In this document: piece after piece, positions 17,011-26,142 of the stretch | Numbering within the stretch: the first letter of the stretch is position 1 | Layout of the letters: every line of letters begins with the position of its first letter | DNA from: an uncultured Desulfospira sp. | Lineage (GTDB): Bacteria > Desulfobacterota > Desulfobacteria > Desulfobacterales > Desulfobacteraceae | Length of the DNA: 64,000 bases | Direction of reading: 5' to 3' | Assembly: GCA_963663165.1 (NCBI GenBank) | Contig: OY760175.1 | Coordinates: 4,480,001-4,544,000 of the forward strand | Program-made: the position numbers and the translations under genes | Notes under the pieces: model-generated | Databases searched by the model: none | What the model saw: the letters and a program-made list of their open reading frames with translations, nothing else | Told to the model about the DNA's origin: nothing

Positions 17011-18706
17011 TTTTAAAGATCCTTTGACATCACCGTTTAAAAATAGATCCTTCAACTTTGCCTCTTTTCTGCTGGCCTCCTGCATGCTGGCGTCCGGGGC
17101 CTGCGGGATTATTCTGGAGTATATCCAGGCATCCCTGGCCTCCATGATCCTGGGCAATGCCTTTGAGCAGTGGGCCATGGTCATCGGGCTGATGCTGTTC
17201 TGGATGGGGTTCGGCAGCCTGATTCAAAAAAATATCCCTAAAGCCCTTTTGATTCCCGCCTTTATCGGCATTGAAACCGGGCTGGCCCTGGCCGGGGGAT
17301 TTTCCCCGACCTTGACCTATCTGTCTTACGGGTATACGGGCCATTATCCCCTGATTCTCTATTTTTTTGTCAGCCTGATCGGTATCCTCATCGGGCTTGA
17401 GATTCCGGTGATCATAAGGATCAACAACGATTATTCAACCGAGCTGTCCACCAATCTGGGCCATATCCTGAGCGCCGACTATATCGGGTCTTTGATCGGG
17501 GCCCTGGTTTATGTCTTTGTCCTGCTCCGGTTCTTTCCCATTACCGAGGGGGCGTTTCTGACCGCCGGGATCAACTTTTCCCTGGCCCTGGTGACCTTTG
17601 TCTATTTTACGAAAAAAAAGTTGATTCCGGGGGGCGGGCTTCTTTTTGTGCTGATGGCCCTGGTGTGTGCGGCCCTTGTCTTCGGGTATCACAACAGCCG
17701 ACAGTGGCAGGTCAAAAACGAACAGCCCCTTTATGATGATCCGGTGGTGTTCAGTAAAACCACCCGGTATCAGCACATTGTCATTACCCATTACAAGCCG
17801 TTGGATGAGATCCGGCTGTTTTTAAACGGCAACCTTCAGCTTTCCAGCCTGGATGAAGACCGGTACCATGAGTCGCTGGTCCACCCGGCCATGAACCTGG
17901 CCGTTGCCAAAACCAGGGTGTTGATCCTGGGCGGGGGAGACGGCTGTGCGTTACGGGAGGTCCTTAAATACCCTGAGGTCAAAGCGGTGGTCCTGGTGGA
18001 CCTTGACCCGGATATGACCCTCCTTGCCGCATCCCACCCCCTGCTGGTCCGGCTCAATGGGGGCGCATTCAAGGACAGCCGGCTGGTTTGCCTTGACGGT
18101 TCCGGAATCAGCCCGGGAGAAGATCGCAAGGTTTATGTGAATACCGGTTCCAGAAAAAAAGGAACCCTGAAGGCAAAGGAACTTGCCCGGGTCAATATCA
18201 TGAATATTGATGCGGACCGGTTTTTGTCTAAGGTGAAAGGGTTCTGGGACGTGATCATTGTGGACCTGCCCGATCCCTCCACCCCGGAGCTTGCCAAGCT
18301 TTACTCAAAGGAGTTTTATGCCAAAATCAAGCGAAAACTGGGCAAAACCGGCCTGGCCGTGATCCAGGCCACCTCCCCGTATTTTGCAAAGCAAAGCTTT
18401 CTTTGTATCGGCAGGACTCTTGAAGCCGCAGGCCTTTGTATCCTTCCCTTCCACGAAAACGTGCCCAGCTTCGGCGACTGGGGCTGGTTCCTGGCCTGGA
18501 ACCCGGTGCTGGGTGAACCCTTTGTCTCAGGCCGGATGAATCAGCTTGAAATTCCGGTTCCCACCCGGTTCATCAGCCCTGAGGTGTTTAAGCGCCAGAC
18601 GATTTTCGGCAAAGGCATGCTCAAGACCCAGGAAACATCAGTCAACACCCTGCTTTATCCGGTGCTGCTCACTTTGTACAACCATGAATCCTGGCTTACG
18701 GAATAA
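17006..18706 (+). CDS. speE: Membrane-bound polyamine aminopropyltransferase (spermidine synthase family)
   Basis: N-terminal ~7 TM domain (GLEIP, ADYIGSLIG); LFLNGNLQ, YHESLVHP, LILGGGDG, LVDLD, DLPDP, VPSFGDWG. Start could be 16985 or 17006. Confidence 0.9.
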   Translation: MSFKDPLTSPFKNRSFNFASFLLASCMLASGACGIILEYIQASLASMILGNAFEQWAMVIGLMLFWMGFGSLIQKNIPKALLIPAFIGIETGLALAGGFSPTLTYLSYGYTGHYPLILYFFVSLIGILIGLEIPVIIRINNDYSTELSTNLGHILSADYIGSLIGALVYVFVLLRFFPITEGAFLTAGINFSLALVTFVYFTKKKLIPGGGLLFVLMALVCAALVFGYHNSRQWQVKNEQPLYDDPVVFSKTTRYQHIVITHYKPLDEIRLFLNGNLQLSSLDEDRYHESLVHPAMNLAVAKTRVLILGGGDGCALREVLKYPEVKAVVLVDLDPDMTLLAASHPLLVRLNGGAFKDSRLVCLDGSGISPGEDRKVYVNTGSRKKGTLKAKELARVNIMNIDADRFLSKVKGFWDVIIVDLPDPSTPELAKLYSKEFYAKIKRKLGKTGLAVIQATSPYFAKQSFLCIGRTLEAAGLCILPFHENVPSFGDWGWFLAWNPVLGEPFVSGRMNQLEIPVPTRFISPEVFKRQTIFGKGMLKTQETSVNTLLYPVLLTLYNHESWLTE

Positions 18707-18708
18707 AA

Positions 18709-20100
18709 TTAGCCGGCCGACAGGCAGGAAAACACAGGGGCCAGATCAAAGGTTTTTGAAAAACACAGATCAAAGGCCTCCTGAAGTTGCGTCAGGGCGT
18801 TATCGTCCAGCACTCCCGAAGCAATGGCCCTGAATTTGGACTCTGTCTCTATGGGGCTCATGGGGTTTCTGGGGTCTCCTTTTGGGATCCGGACTTCTTT
18901 TTTATAAACGCTTCCGTCTTTGGCCGTCACCGCCACCCGGGACATCAGTTCCCGGTTTACCAGAGGATAAAGTTCATTGGCCTCATCCCACTGGTCAATG
19001 GTTACTTTCCGTGCCGTGGCCAGGATGCTTTCATCTGAAAGAAAATCTTCTCTGAACCAGTCGGGGCCCGGGGGAATCCGGTGCATCACCAGGGAGGCCA
19101 CATAAGGGGCACTGAACACGATATCAAAGGGCAGGCTGGGCATGGAGGTGTAATCTTGGGCCACCTCATAAAAGGTTGAGATCCGGATGCTTTGGATATC
19201 CTCAGGTGGCAGGCAGGTTTCCGATGCCACAGCGGTCAGACCGTCCAGGGTCGGATGGATATGCCGGCAGGCACAATAGGGTTTGGTGTGGACTTTAAGG
19301 GTTTTGAATTCATTCAGGGGCTGGTGGAGCTTTTCATAATCGCACCGGTCTGAAGAGGCCATAATCCAGAATCCGTCTTCCCCGTCAAAAATGGTGGTGT
19401 CGGCAATAAAGCCCTCTTTGGCCAGCATGGCGGACAACACCCCGCCGTAGGAGGTATAACCGAAGTTGTTTTTCAGCCATTGGATTTTTCCGTCAATAAA
19501 TCCCCATTTGCGCAGGGACGGCACCGTGGCATGGATGGCCGCATGGCCAAAGGCGTGGGCGGTCTGTTCCAGATCCAGGTCCATGATTTTGGCGGCAACT
19601 GCTGTGGCGCAGAAAATCTGCCAGGTATTGATCCCCCGGACCACCCGGGTTCGTTCCGGTGTGGGTTTGATCCCGTCAGAAACCCGGATCCCGATTTCGT
19701 ATCCGGCCACCACGGCTTCAATGAGTTTTTTGGCGGATATGCCTTTTTGGCAGGCCAGGGTTAAGGCCACCGGAACAATGGTTGAGCCCGGATGCCCGTC
19801 ATAGGTATCATCCATGTCCAGCACTGTGGAGAGATACGCATTGACATATACAGCGTTGAGCAGCGGCAGCTTTTTGTCGGTACCAAAGATGTCCGCGTCC
19901 CCGACCCCGCCCATGGCGCTGTACAGATTGATGACCTTTTTTCCTTGTTCCATTACCACACCGCCCAGCATGCAGCCTAAAGAATCAAAAATCAGCTCTC
20001 TGGCCTTTTCTACAACCTCCCCGGGCAGGGCATCGTACCGGATCTGCTGTGTGAGGTCCGCCAGGACATATGTGGTTCTTAATTTTTTATCCATATTCAT
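18709..20100 (-). CDS. MmgE/PrpD family protein
   Basis: DSLGCMLGG, LDMDD..GHPG, AGYEIG, KPYCACRHIH, PKGDPRNPM. Confidence 0.92.
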   Translation of the reverse strand: MNMDKKLRTTYVLADLTQQIRYDALPGEVVEKARELIFDSLGCMLGGVVMEQGKKVINLYSAMGGVGDADIFGTDKKLPLLNAVYVNAYLSTVLDMDDTYDGHPGSTIVPVALTLACQKGISAKKLIEAVVAGYEIGIRVSDGIKPTPERTRVVRGINTWQIFCATAVAAKIMDLDLEQTAHAFGHAAIHATVPSLRKWGFIDGKIQWLKNNFGYTSYGGVLSAMLAKEGFIADTTIFDGEDGFWIMASSDRCDYEKLHQPLNEFKTLKVHTKPYCACRHIHPTLDGLTAVASETCLPPEDIQSIRISTFYEVAQDYTSMPSLPFDIVFSAPYVASLVMHRIPPGPDWFREDFLSDESILATARKVTIDQWDEANELYPLVNRELMSRVAVTAKDGSVYKKEVRIPKGDPRNPMSPIETESKFRAIASGVLDDNALTQLQEAFDLCFSKTFDLAPVFSCLSAG

Positions 20101-20120
20101 ACCTCAATTCTAACCATAAA

Positions 20121-20146
20121 CAGCAGGGAGGCTTCCCTCCCTGCTG
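20121..20146. terminator. Intra-operon stem-loop after the ABC binding-protein gene
   Basis: CAGCAGGGAG-GCTTCC-CTCCCTGCTG, a perfect 10-bp stem. Confidence 0.55.
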
Positions 20147-20181
20147 CATAGCATGGTCAATTCAAGACGTTAAACCCGCAT

Positions 20182-21407
20182 CTAACGGTCTTTCCAGGCC
20201 GGGATGGGATATTTGACCTGGCCTGTGGCCACGGCTTCAGGATAGAGCAGCACAATATTGGGCTTGCCGTCCACTTTCTGAACCTGGGTGACGATAAAGG
20301 GCATCTGAAGCTGTTTGCCCGCATCATCGATTTCATAGGGGCCGGTCATAACGGTCACCTTGTTGGACAGATCCAGGGCAGCCTTTTTCAGGGCGGCGCC
20401 CTCAAGGGAATCGGCGGTTTCGATGAATTTTTCAAGCAGGACACCGGCACCGTAAGCCAGAGAGCTCTGGAAGTCCGGGGGATTCTCGGCTTTGGGATAG
20501 GTTTCGTTGAACACTTTTTCAAATTCAATCCGGGTCAGGCCGGCGTTGACCTTCCAGTTCAGGCTGTTGTGGTAAAGGGTGTGGCCGAAGATGTAAAGGC
20601 CGTCGTCCCCCTGGTCAAACCATTGGGGCATGCCCGAGTACACCATGTAAACATAGGGGAACATGAGGTTGGCCTCTTTCATCTGACGGACCATAATTTT
20701 CTGGTCATCCATATAGGCAGAGGCATAGAACGCATCCGGTTTGGAAATGCGGACCTTCTGGAGGAGGATGGAAAAGTCCTTGGTTCCCGGAGAGAATTTT
20801 TCATACATGACCACTTCAATGCCCTGTTCTTCGGCCAGCCGTTTGGCATGCTTGGCCAGACCGGAGGGGAAGGGCTCGTCCACATAGACAATGGCCAGTT
20901 TCTTGACTCCCAAAGCGGCCATGTGATCCACTTCGGGTTTGGGCATCAGGGAAACCGGGGCTTCCGTAGCCGAAACAACGGTCTTGTAGCCCTGCTCATA
21001 AATGGCGTCTGATGCGGCAGACCAGATCACCAGCATTTTGCCGTATTTTTCCGTAATGGCGGCTGCCGCACCGGTCAGGGTGGAACCAAAGGGGGCAAAG
21101 CAGATGTCCACCTTGTCCTCGTTAATCAGCTTTTCATAGAGCTTGACAACGGTTTCCTTGTCGCTTCGGTCATCGTAATAGACCAGTTTTACCGGCAGCT
21201 TTTTCCCGTCAAGGGTGATGCCGCCGTTTTGTTGACCTGGTCCGCCCAGATGGAAACCCCTTTGAATCCCTGGGAAGAGGCAAAGGTATACTTGCCGCTG
21301 GTGGAAACGGTCAAACCGATTTTAATTACATCTTTGGCATAGGCAGAGCCTGAAAAACTCAGGGCCAGCAAGGCCAGTACAATTAACGCCAATGATTTTT
21401 TCTTCAT
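20182..21407 (-). pseudogene. Liv-type ABC substrate-binding protein, frameshifted (pseudogene or sequencing error)
   Basis: Signal peptide MKKKSLALIVL.. at 21407 with GGAGG RBS. Adding one A to the A4 run at 21227-21230 restores VNKNGGITLDGKKLPVKLVYYDDRSD..KVDICFAPFGS and joins ORFs 21189..21482 and 20182..21111. Confidence 0.88.
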
Positions 21408-21488
21408 GGATAGATCCTCCTTAAAAATAGCTACTTTATAGATTAGACGGAACATTGAGGGGCACAAAGCCGGTCCGGACATGACGTG

Positions 21489-22205
21489 TTAATCCAGCCA
21501 TCCTTTGATCATCTCTTTAAGTCCGCTGTCAAACGCTTCTTTGGTGCCTGTGACCTTGTTTTGTCCAAGCTCCAGGACACAGATGGTATCGGAGATGTCA
21601 AAGGCCTGGCGGATCCGCTGATCCACCATGACAATGGTCATCTCCTCTTTTTTTAAATCAAGGATGGTCGAATAGATCTCCTTGGCAATACTCGGGGCCA
21701 GGGTGGCCGTGGGCTCATCGAAAAGACAGATTTCAGGGTCCGTAAGCAAAGACCTGCCGATTTCAAGGATCTTCTGCTGGCCCCCGCTTAATAGCCCGGC
21801 CCGGTCCTTTCTTTTTTGGTACAGGATGGGGAACCGGTCCCAGACCTTTTCAATGGCGAGGTTCACCCGTTTTTTGTCCTTTTTAAATATCCAGGTGCCC
21901 AGCTCCAGGTTCTCCTTGACCGTCAGTTCCGGAAAAATGGAGCGCAGCTGGGGCACATAGGTCACCCCAAGGCCGATGAACTCGTGAACTTTTCTTCGGG
22001 TAACGTCTTCATTGTTGAGCAGGACAGATCCTTTTTTGGGCTTTAACAGGCCGTAAAGGGATTTTAAAAGGGTGGATTTTCCGGCCCCGTTGGGACCGAT
22101 AATGGTGGTGATCTGCCCTTTTTCCGCCTTTAAGGAAACGTTTTTTAAAATTTCAATGTCCCCATGGTAGGACACGGTGATCTCTTTGGCTTCAAGCAGT
22201 GTCAT
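21489..22205 (-). CDS. Branched-chain amino acid-type ABC ATPase (LivF-like)
   Basis: GPNGAGKST, LSGGQQK, LFDEP. Confidence 0.93.
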   Translation of the reverse strand: MTLLEAKEITVSYHGDIEILKNVSLKAEKGQITTIIGPNGAGKSTLLKSLYGLLKPKKGSVLLNNEDVTRRKVHEFIGLGVTYVPQLRSIFPELTVKENLELGTWIFKKDKKRVNLAIEKVWDRFPILYQKRKDRAGLLSGGQQKILEIGRSLLTDPEICLFDEPTATLAPSIAKEIYSTILDLKKEEMTIVMVDQRIRQAFDISDTICVLELGQNKVTGTKEAFDSGLKEMIKGWLD

Positions 22206-22207
22206 GG

Positions 22208-22930
22208 CTAGTTTCCCAGATAGGCCTCAATGACCTGGTCGTTGTTCTTGATGTCGTCCTGGCTTCCCTTGGCAATGATTTTGCCTAAGTCAAAAACGAT
22301 GATTTCATCGGACAGGGTATAAACGGACTTCATATCATGGCTGATGAGAATAAAGGTTTTTCCCATGTCCTTGAGGGCCAGGATCTCATTGTAAAATAAA
22401 GATTTCAGCTCCGGATGGACCCCGGCAAAGGGCTCGTCCAGAAGAACGAGGTCCGCATCCATGATCCAGACCCGCAACAGTTCGATGAGCTTTTGCTGGC
22501 CCCCGGACAATTCACCGCCCAGGCTGTCCTTTTTGTCGGCCATGCCCACCCGTTCCAGCAGGGCCAGGGCCTGTTCCCTCAAATCCGTCATATCGGTGGG
22601 GGAATCCAGGACCGGTGCCAGGATATTGTCAATAACGGAAATCTTCTGGAACATCCGGGCCACCTGAAAGGTCCGGCTGATGCCCATCCGGGCGATCTCG
22701 TGGACCTTTTTGCCGGTAATTTCCCGGCCGTTAAACCGTATGGTCCCTTTTTCCGGGGTGTAGATGCCGTTGATACAGTTCAAAAAGGTTGTTTTGCCCG
22801 ATCCGTTGGGACCGATGATGGAAACCACGGAATTTTCAGGTACGGATAGGGAGATATCCTCCAGGGCTTTATTGCCGCCAAAGGATTTTTCAATGTGTTC
22901 CGCTTCAATCAGGTTGTTCATTTTTTTCAC
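22208..22930 (-). CDS. Branched-chain amino acid-type ABC ATPase (LivG-like)
   Basis: GPNGSGKTT, RTFQ, LSGGQ, LLDEPFAG, VIEAYLG. Confidence 0.93.
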   Translation of the reverse strand: MKKMNNLIEAEHIEKSFGGNKALEDISLSVPENSVVSIIGPNGSGKTTFLNCINGIYTPEKGTIRFNGREITGKKVHEIARMGISRTFQVARMFQKISVIDNILAPVLDSPTDMTDLREQALALLERVGMADKKDSLGGELSGGQQKLIELLRVWIMDADLVLLDEPFAGVHPELKSLFYNEILALKDMGKTFILISHDMKSVYTLSDEIIVFDLGKIIAKGSQDDIKNNDQVIEAYLGN

Positions 22931-22931
22931 C

Positions 22932-23816
22932 TTAAATCCGGGTGGATACCTTGCCTAACAGGCCCTGGGGGCGAACCATGACCATGAATATCAAAATAAC
23001 AAACCCCACCACGGGAGACAGGGCCACGGGCATGAACACGGAGCTTAAACTTTCGGCCACCCCGTAAATCAGGCCGCCTAAAAGGGCGCCAAGGGGGGTG
23101 CCAAGGCCTCCCAAAACGATGACCAGAAAGGCAATGGTGGTATAGAACTGCCCCTGGACCGGGGTGATGACCGGAAAGCTTAAAGTGATCAGGCATCCGG
23201 TGATGGCCACAATGGCCAGGCCGGCCCCGAACACCAGGGCCGACACCCGTTTAACGTCAATCCCCAAAATGGAGACCGCTTCCCGGTTTTCGATAATGGC
23301 CCGCACCGCCTTTCCCATGGAGGTCCGGTACAAAAACAGGGTCAGCAGGATGATGACCAGAATGCAGATGCCCGCCGAAATCAGCCGTCCCATGGGCAGG
23401 AAAATGGGACCGATAAAAACCGATACCCGTTCAAAAGGAAAGGGGATGCTTCTTGGGTCGGCTTCCCAGATCTGGAGGATCAGGGCCGTGATGATCAGGG
23501 AAACCCCGAAAAAAACCAGAAACGAGGCCACCTCAGGATCATCGGACCGCTGAATCCGTTCATATAAAAACGAGTGCAGGACAAACCCCAGCAGGAAAAA
23601 AACCGGGATCACGATAAAAATGCTCTGGAGGGCGTTGAGCCCGAATCCCTTGCTCAGGGCATAGGCCAGGTATGCGCCCAGCATCATGAATTCCCCATGG
23701 GCAAAGTTAACGATGCGCATGACCCCGTAAAGGATATTCATGCCGATGCCCACAAGCCCGTAGATTAACCCCATCAATATACCGGAGGCCAGTGCCATGA
23801 GAATTAATTCCTTCAT
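22932..23816 (-). CDS. ABC permease (LivH-like)
   Basis: YGVMRIVNFAHGEF, GKAVRA, VLGGLG, VRPQGLLG. Confidence 0.93.
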   Translation of the reverse strand: MKELILMALASGILMGLIYGLVGIGMNILYGVMRIVNFAHGEFMMLGAYLAYALSKGFGLNALQSIFIVIPVFFLLGFVLHSFLYERIQRSDDPEVASFLVFFGVSLIITALILQIWEADPRSIPFPFERVSVFIGPIFLPMGRLISAGICILVIILLTLFLYRTSMGKAVRAIIENREAVSILGIDVKRVSALVFGAGLAIVAITGCLITLSFPVITPVQGQFYTTIAFLVIVLGGLGTPLGALLGGLIYGVAESLSSVFMPVALSPVVGFVILIFMVMVRPQGLLGKVSTRI

Positions 23817-23833
23817 TTGTATTTTCCTCCAGG

Positions 23834-24757
23834 TTATTTAATGACCTGCCGCAGGCGGGGCCGTTTGTGGAGAAGGGTCCCCACAACCCCCTTGGGCAGG
23901 AAAAGGATTAAAAAAACCACCATGATTCCCAAGGCCATCAGGTTCATCAAAGGGAAATGGCCCCAGATAAAATCATCCAGTTCGTACATGAACAAACTGC
24001 CGAACACGGGGCCGGTGATGGTGCCAAGGCCGCCGAACATGGCGTAGACAATGGATTTGGCTGTAAACATGGCGTTAAACGAGGTGTCCGGGTCCACAAT
24101 GGCGGTAAACCAGGTTTCGATGCCGCCGGCAAGGGAAGGGAACAAGGCCGCCAGACACCAGGCCTTAAGGCGGCTCATCTGCACGTTGATTCCCATGACC
24201 ATGGCGGCGGCCTCATCATCCCGGATGCAGCGCAGGGCAATCCCGAGCCTTGACCCGGACAGCCACAGAGAAACCCCCACGGTGACCACCATAAGCACCA
24301 GCATCAGGTAATATCCGGCCACAGGGTTGTAGGCCCCGGTCAGGGTGATGCCGAAACTGCCCCCGGTCCAGGATTCGGGCAGGTTGGACACCAGTATTCG
24401 CAGAATCATGGCCGAAGAAAAGTTGACAATGGCAAAATAGATGCCCTTAAGGCGCAGGGTGGGGGCAAACAGCAGGGCAAGGCCCACCCCCACCGCACCG
24501 GACATCAGGATCCCTAAGGGAACCGGCACCTGGAACCGGCTCCACAAAATGGCCGTGGTATAGGTTCCCACCCCGTAGAACATGACATACCCAAAGGGCA
24601 GGTATCCCACAAACCCGTATATAATGTTAAACGCACTTGCCACAACGACCCAGAACATCAGGTAGAAGAAATAGGGCTGGGACAGGGGCAGTACCGGTAT
24701 GGCGGCAAAAAACAAAACCGCTGCAACAACCATAATCCTTATTAGTCTGGTACCCAT
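23834..24757 (-). CDS. ABC permease (LivM-like)
   Basis: LRLKGIYFAI, WTGG, CIRDDEAAA, GGLGTITGP, LPKGVVG. Confidence 0.93.
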   Translation of the reverse strand: MGTRLIRIMVVAAVLFFAAIPVLPLSQPYFFYLMFWVVVASAFNIIYGFVGYLPFGYVMFYGVGTYTTAILWSRFQVPVPLGILMSGAVGVGLALLFAPTLRLKGIYFAIVNFSSAMILRILVSNLPESWTGGSFGITLTGAYNPVAGYYLMLVLMVVTVGVSLWLSGSRLGIALRCIRDDEAAAMVMGINVQMSRLKAWCLAALFPSLAGGIETWFTAIVDPDTSFNAMFTAKSIVYAMFGGLGTITGPVFGSLFMYELDDFIWGHFPLMNLMALGIMVVFLILFLPKGVVGTLLHKRPRLRQVIK

Positions 24758-24805
24758 TGTTAAACCATATTTGTTAAATGTTTGGAGGACCCGGTCTGAT
24801 TCGTC

Positions 24806-26128
24806 CTAAATATTGACATAAGTCTTAAGTTCCCAGGGATGGACCGTGGCGGCAAACTGCGCCACATCTTTGCGCTTTAACGCCAGATAAGTATCGGTGA
24901 ATGCCGGGCCAAAGGCCTTGCACAGCACCTCATCGGCCTCAAAGGCATCCAGGGCTTCTTTCAGGCCGGCCGGCAGGTTGCCGATGCCGTGGGCCTTTTT
25001 TTCTTCCGGCGTCAGGTCATAGATGTTCCCGTTGTAAGGTTCCGGGGGAGCCGCTTTTCTGCGCAGCCCGTCAAGGCCGGCCGAGAGAATGGCCCCAAAG
25101 GCCAGATAGGGGTTGCAGCTTGAATCGGGATTTCTTGTTTCCACCCGCCGTGCCTTGGGGTTGCCGTTGGGGATGCGCAAAAGGCTTGAGCGGTTGCCAA
25201 ACCCCCATGACACATAAACCGGGGCTTCCCAGCCCGGCACCAGCCGTTTATAAGAGTTGATGGTGGGGTTGGTGATTCCGGCAAGCCCCTGGGCATGGTC
25301 GATCAGGCCGGCGATGAAATGCCGGGCCGTATCGGACAGGAAATCCGGTTTGGCCTCATCGTAAAACAGGTTGCTTTTTTGGGCGGCATCCTGAAGGCTT
25401 AAATGGACATGCATGCCGCAGCCGTAAGTCCAGTCAAAGGGTTTGGCCATAAAACAGGCGGTCAGTCCCTTCTGGGCGGCCAGCTGTTTGACCACCTGCC
25501 GGTAGACCATGGTCATGTCGGCAACGGCCAGGGCATCGCTGTACTCAAATGTGATCTCATGTTTTCCCGGCGGGACCTCATGGTGGTTCTTCTCCGTGTT
25601 GATCCCCACGGAATCCAGGGCACGGCTGATGTCCTTGCGGAATTCACACCCCTGGTCATAGGGCGGGATCTCAAAATAGGATCCCCGGTCCGCCGGGATA
25701 TAGTTTCCGTTTTCGTCCTTGTCCAAAAGGAAAAATTCGATTTCCGGGGCGAGCATCAGCTCCCAGTCGGCGCCGAACTCTTCTTTCATCTGGGCGATCA
25801 TCCGTTTGAGCATGCCCCTGGGATCGGACTCAAAGGGGACGGTGCCGTCTCCTGAATAGACATCACAGATAAAGGATGCGGTTTTGTTTTCAGGCCGGCC
25901 CCAGGGCAGGACCCGGTAGGTTGAAAGGTCCGGAATCAGGCAAAGGTCACTTTGGTTGACGGGCACATATCCACAGGATGAACCGTCAAAGGCCAGGCCG
26001 TCTTTTAAAAGGGATTCAAGGTTTTTGGCAGGATTGATGAGCTGGCGGATGCTGCCGTTGATGGTGGTGAACTGGAAATTGATGAACTGGATCTCATCTT
26101 CTTTCAAACGCTTTATGGTTGCTTCCAT
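24806..26128 (-). CDS. Glutamine synthetase family protein (type I-like)
   Basis: FDGSS, PEIEFF, HHEV, GMHVH, NSYKRLVPGWEAP, NRS, RVETRNPD, NPYLA; start MEATIK at 26128 after AGGAG. Confidence 0.92.
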   Translation of the reverse strand: MEATIKRLKEDEIQFINFQFTTINGSIRQLINPAKNLESLLKDGLAFDGSSCGYVPVNQSDLCLIPDLSTYRVLPWGRPENKTASFICDVYSGDGTVPFESDPRGMLKRMIAQMKEEFGADWELMLAPEIEFFLLDKDENGNYIPADRGSYFEIPPYDQGCEFRKDISRALDSVGINTEKNHHEVPPGKHEITFEYSDALAVADMTMVYRQVVKQLAAQKGLTACFMAKPFDWTYGCGMHVHLSLQDAAQKSNLFYDEAKPDFLSDTARHFIAGLIDHAQGLAGITNPTINSYKRLVPGWEAPVYVSWGFGNRSSLLRIPNGNPKARRVETRNPDSSCNPYLAFGAILSAGLDGLRRKAAPPEPYNGNIYDLTPEEKKAHGIGNLPAGLKEALDAFEADEVLCKAFGPAFTDTYLALKRKDVAQFAATVHPWELKTYVNI

Positions 26129-26142
26129 GGTGGGTATTCTCC

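Noticed and set aside
24806..26128. Assigning glnA or puuA
   Set aside because: Motifs look GS-like but the catabolic operon context is atypical; substrate cannot be determined from sequence.
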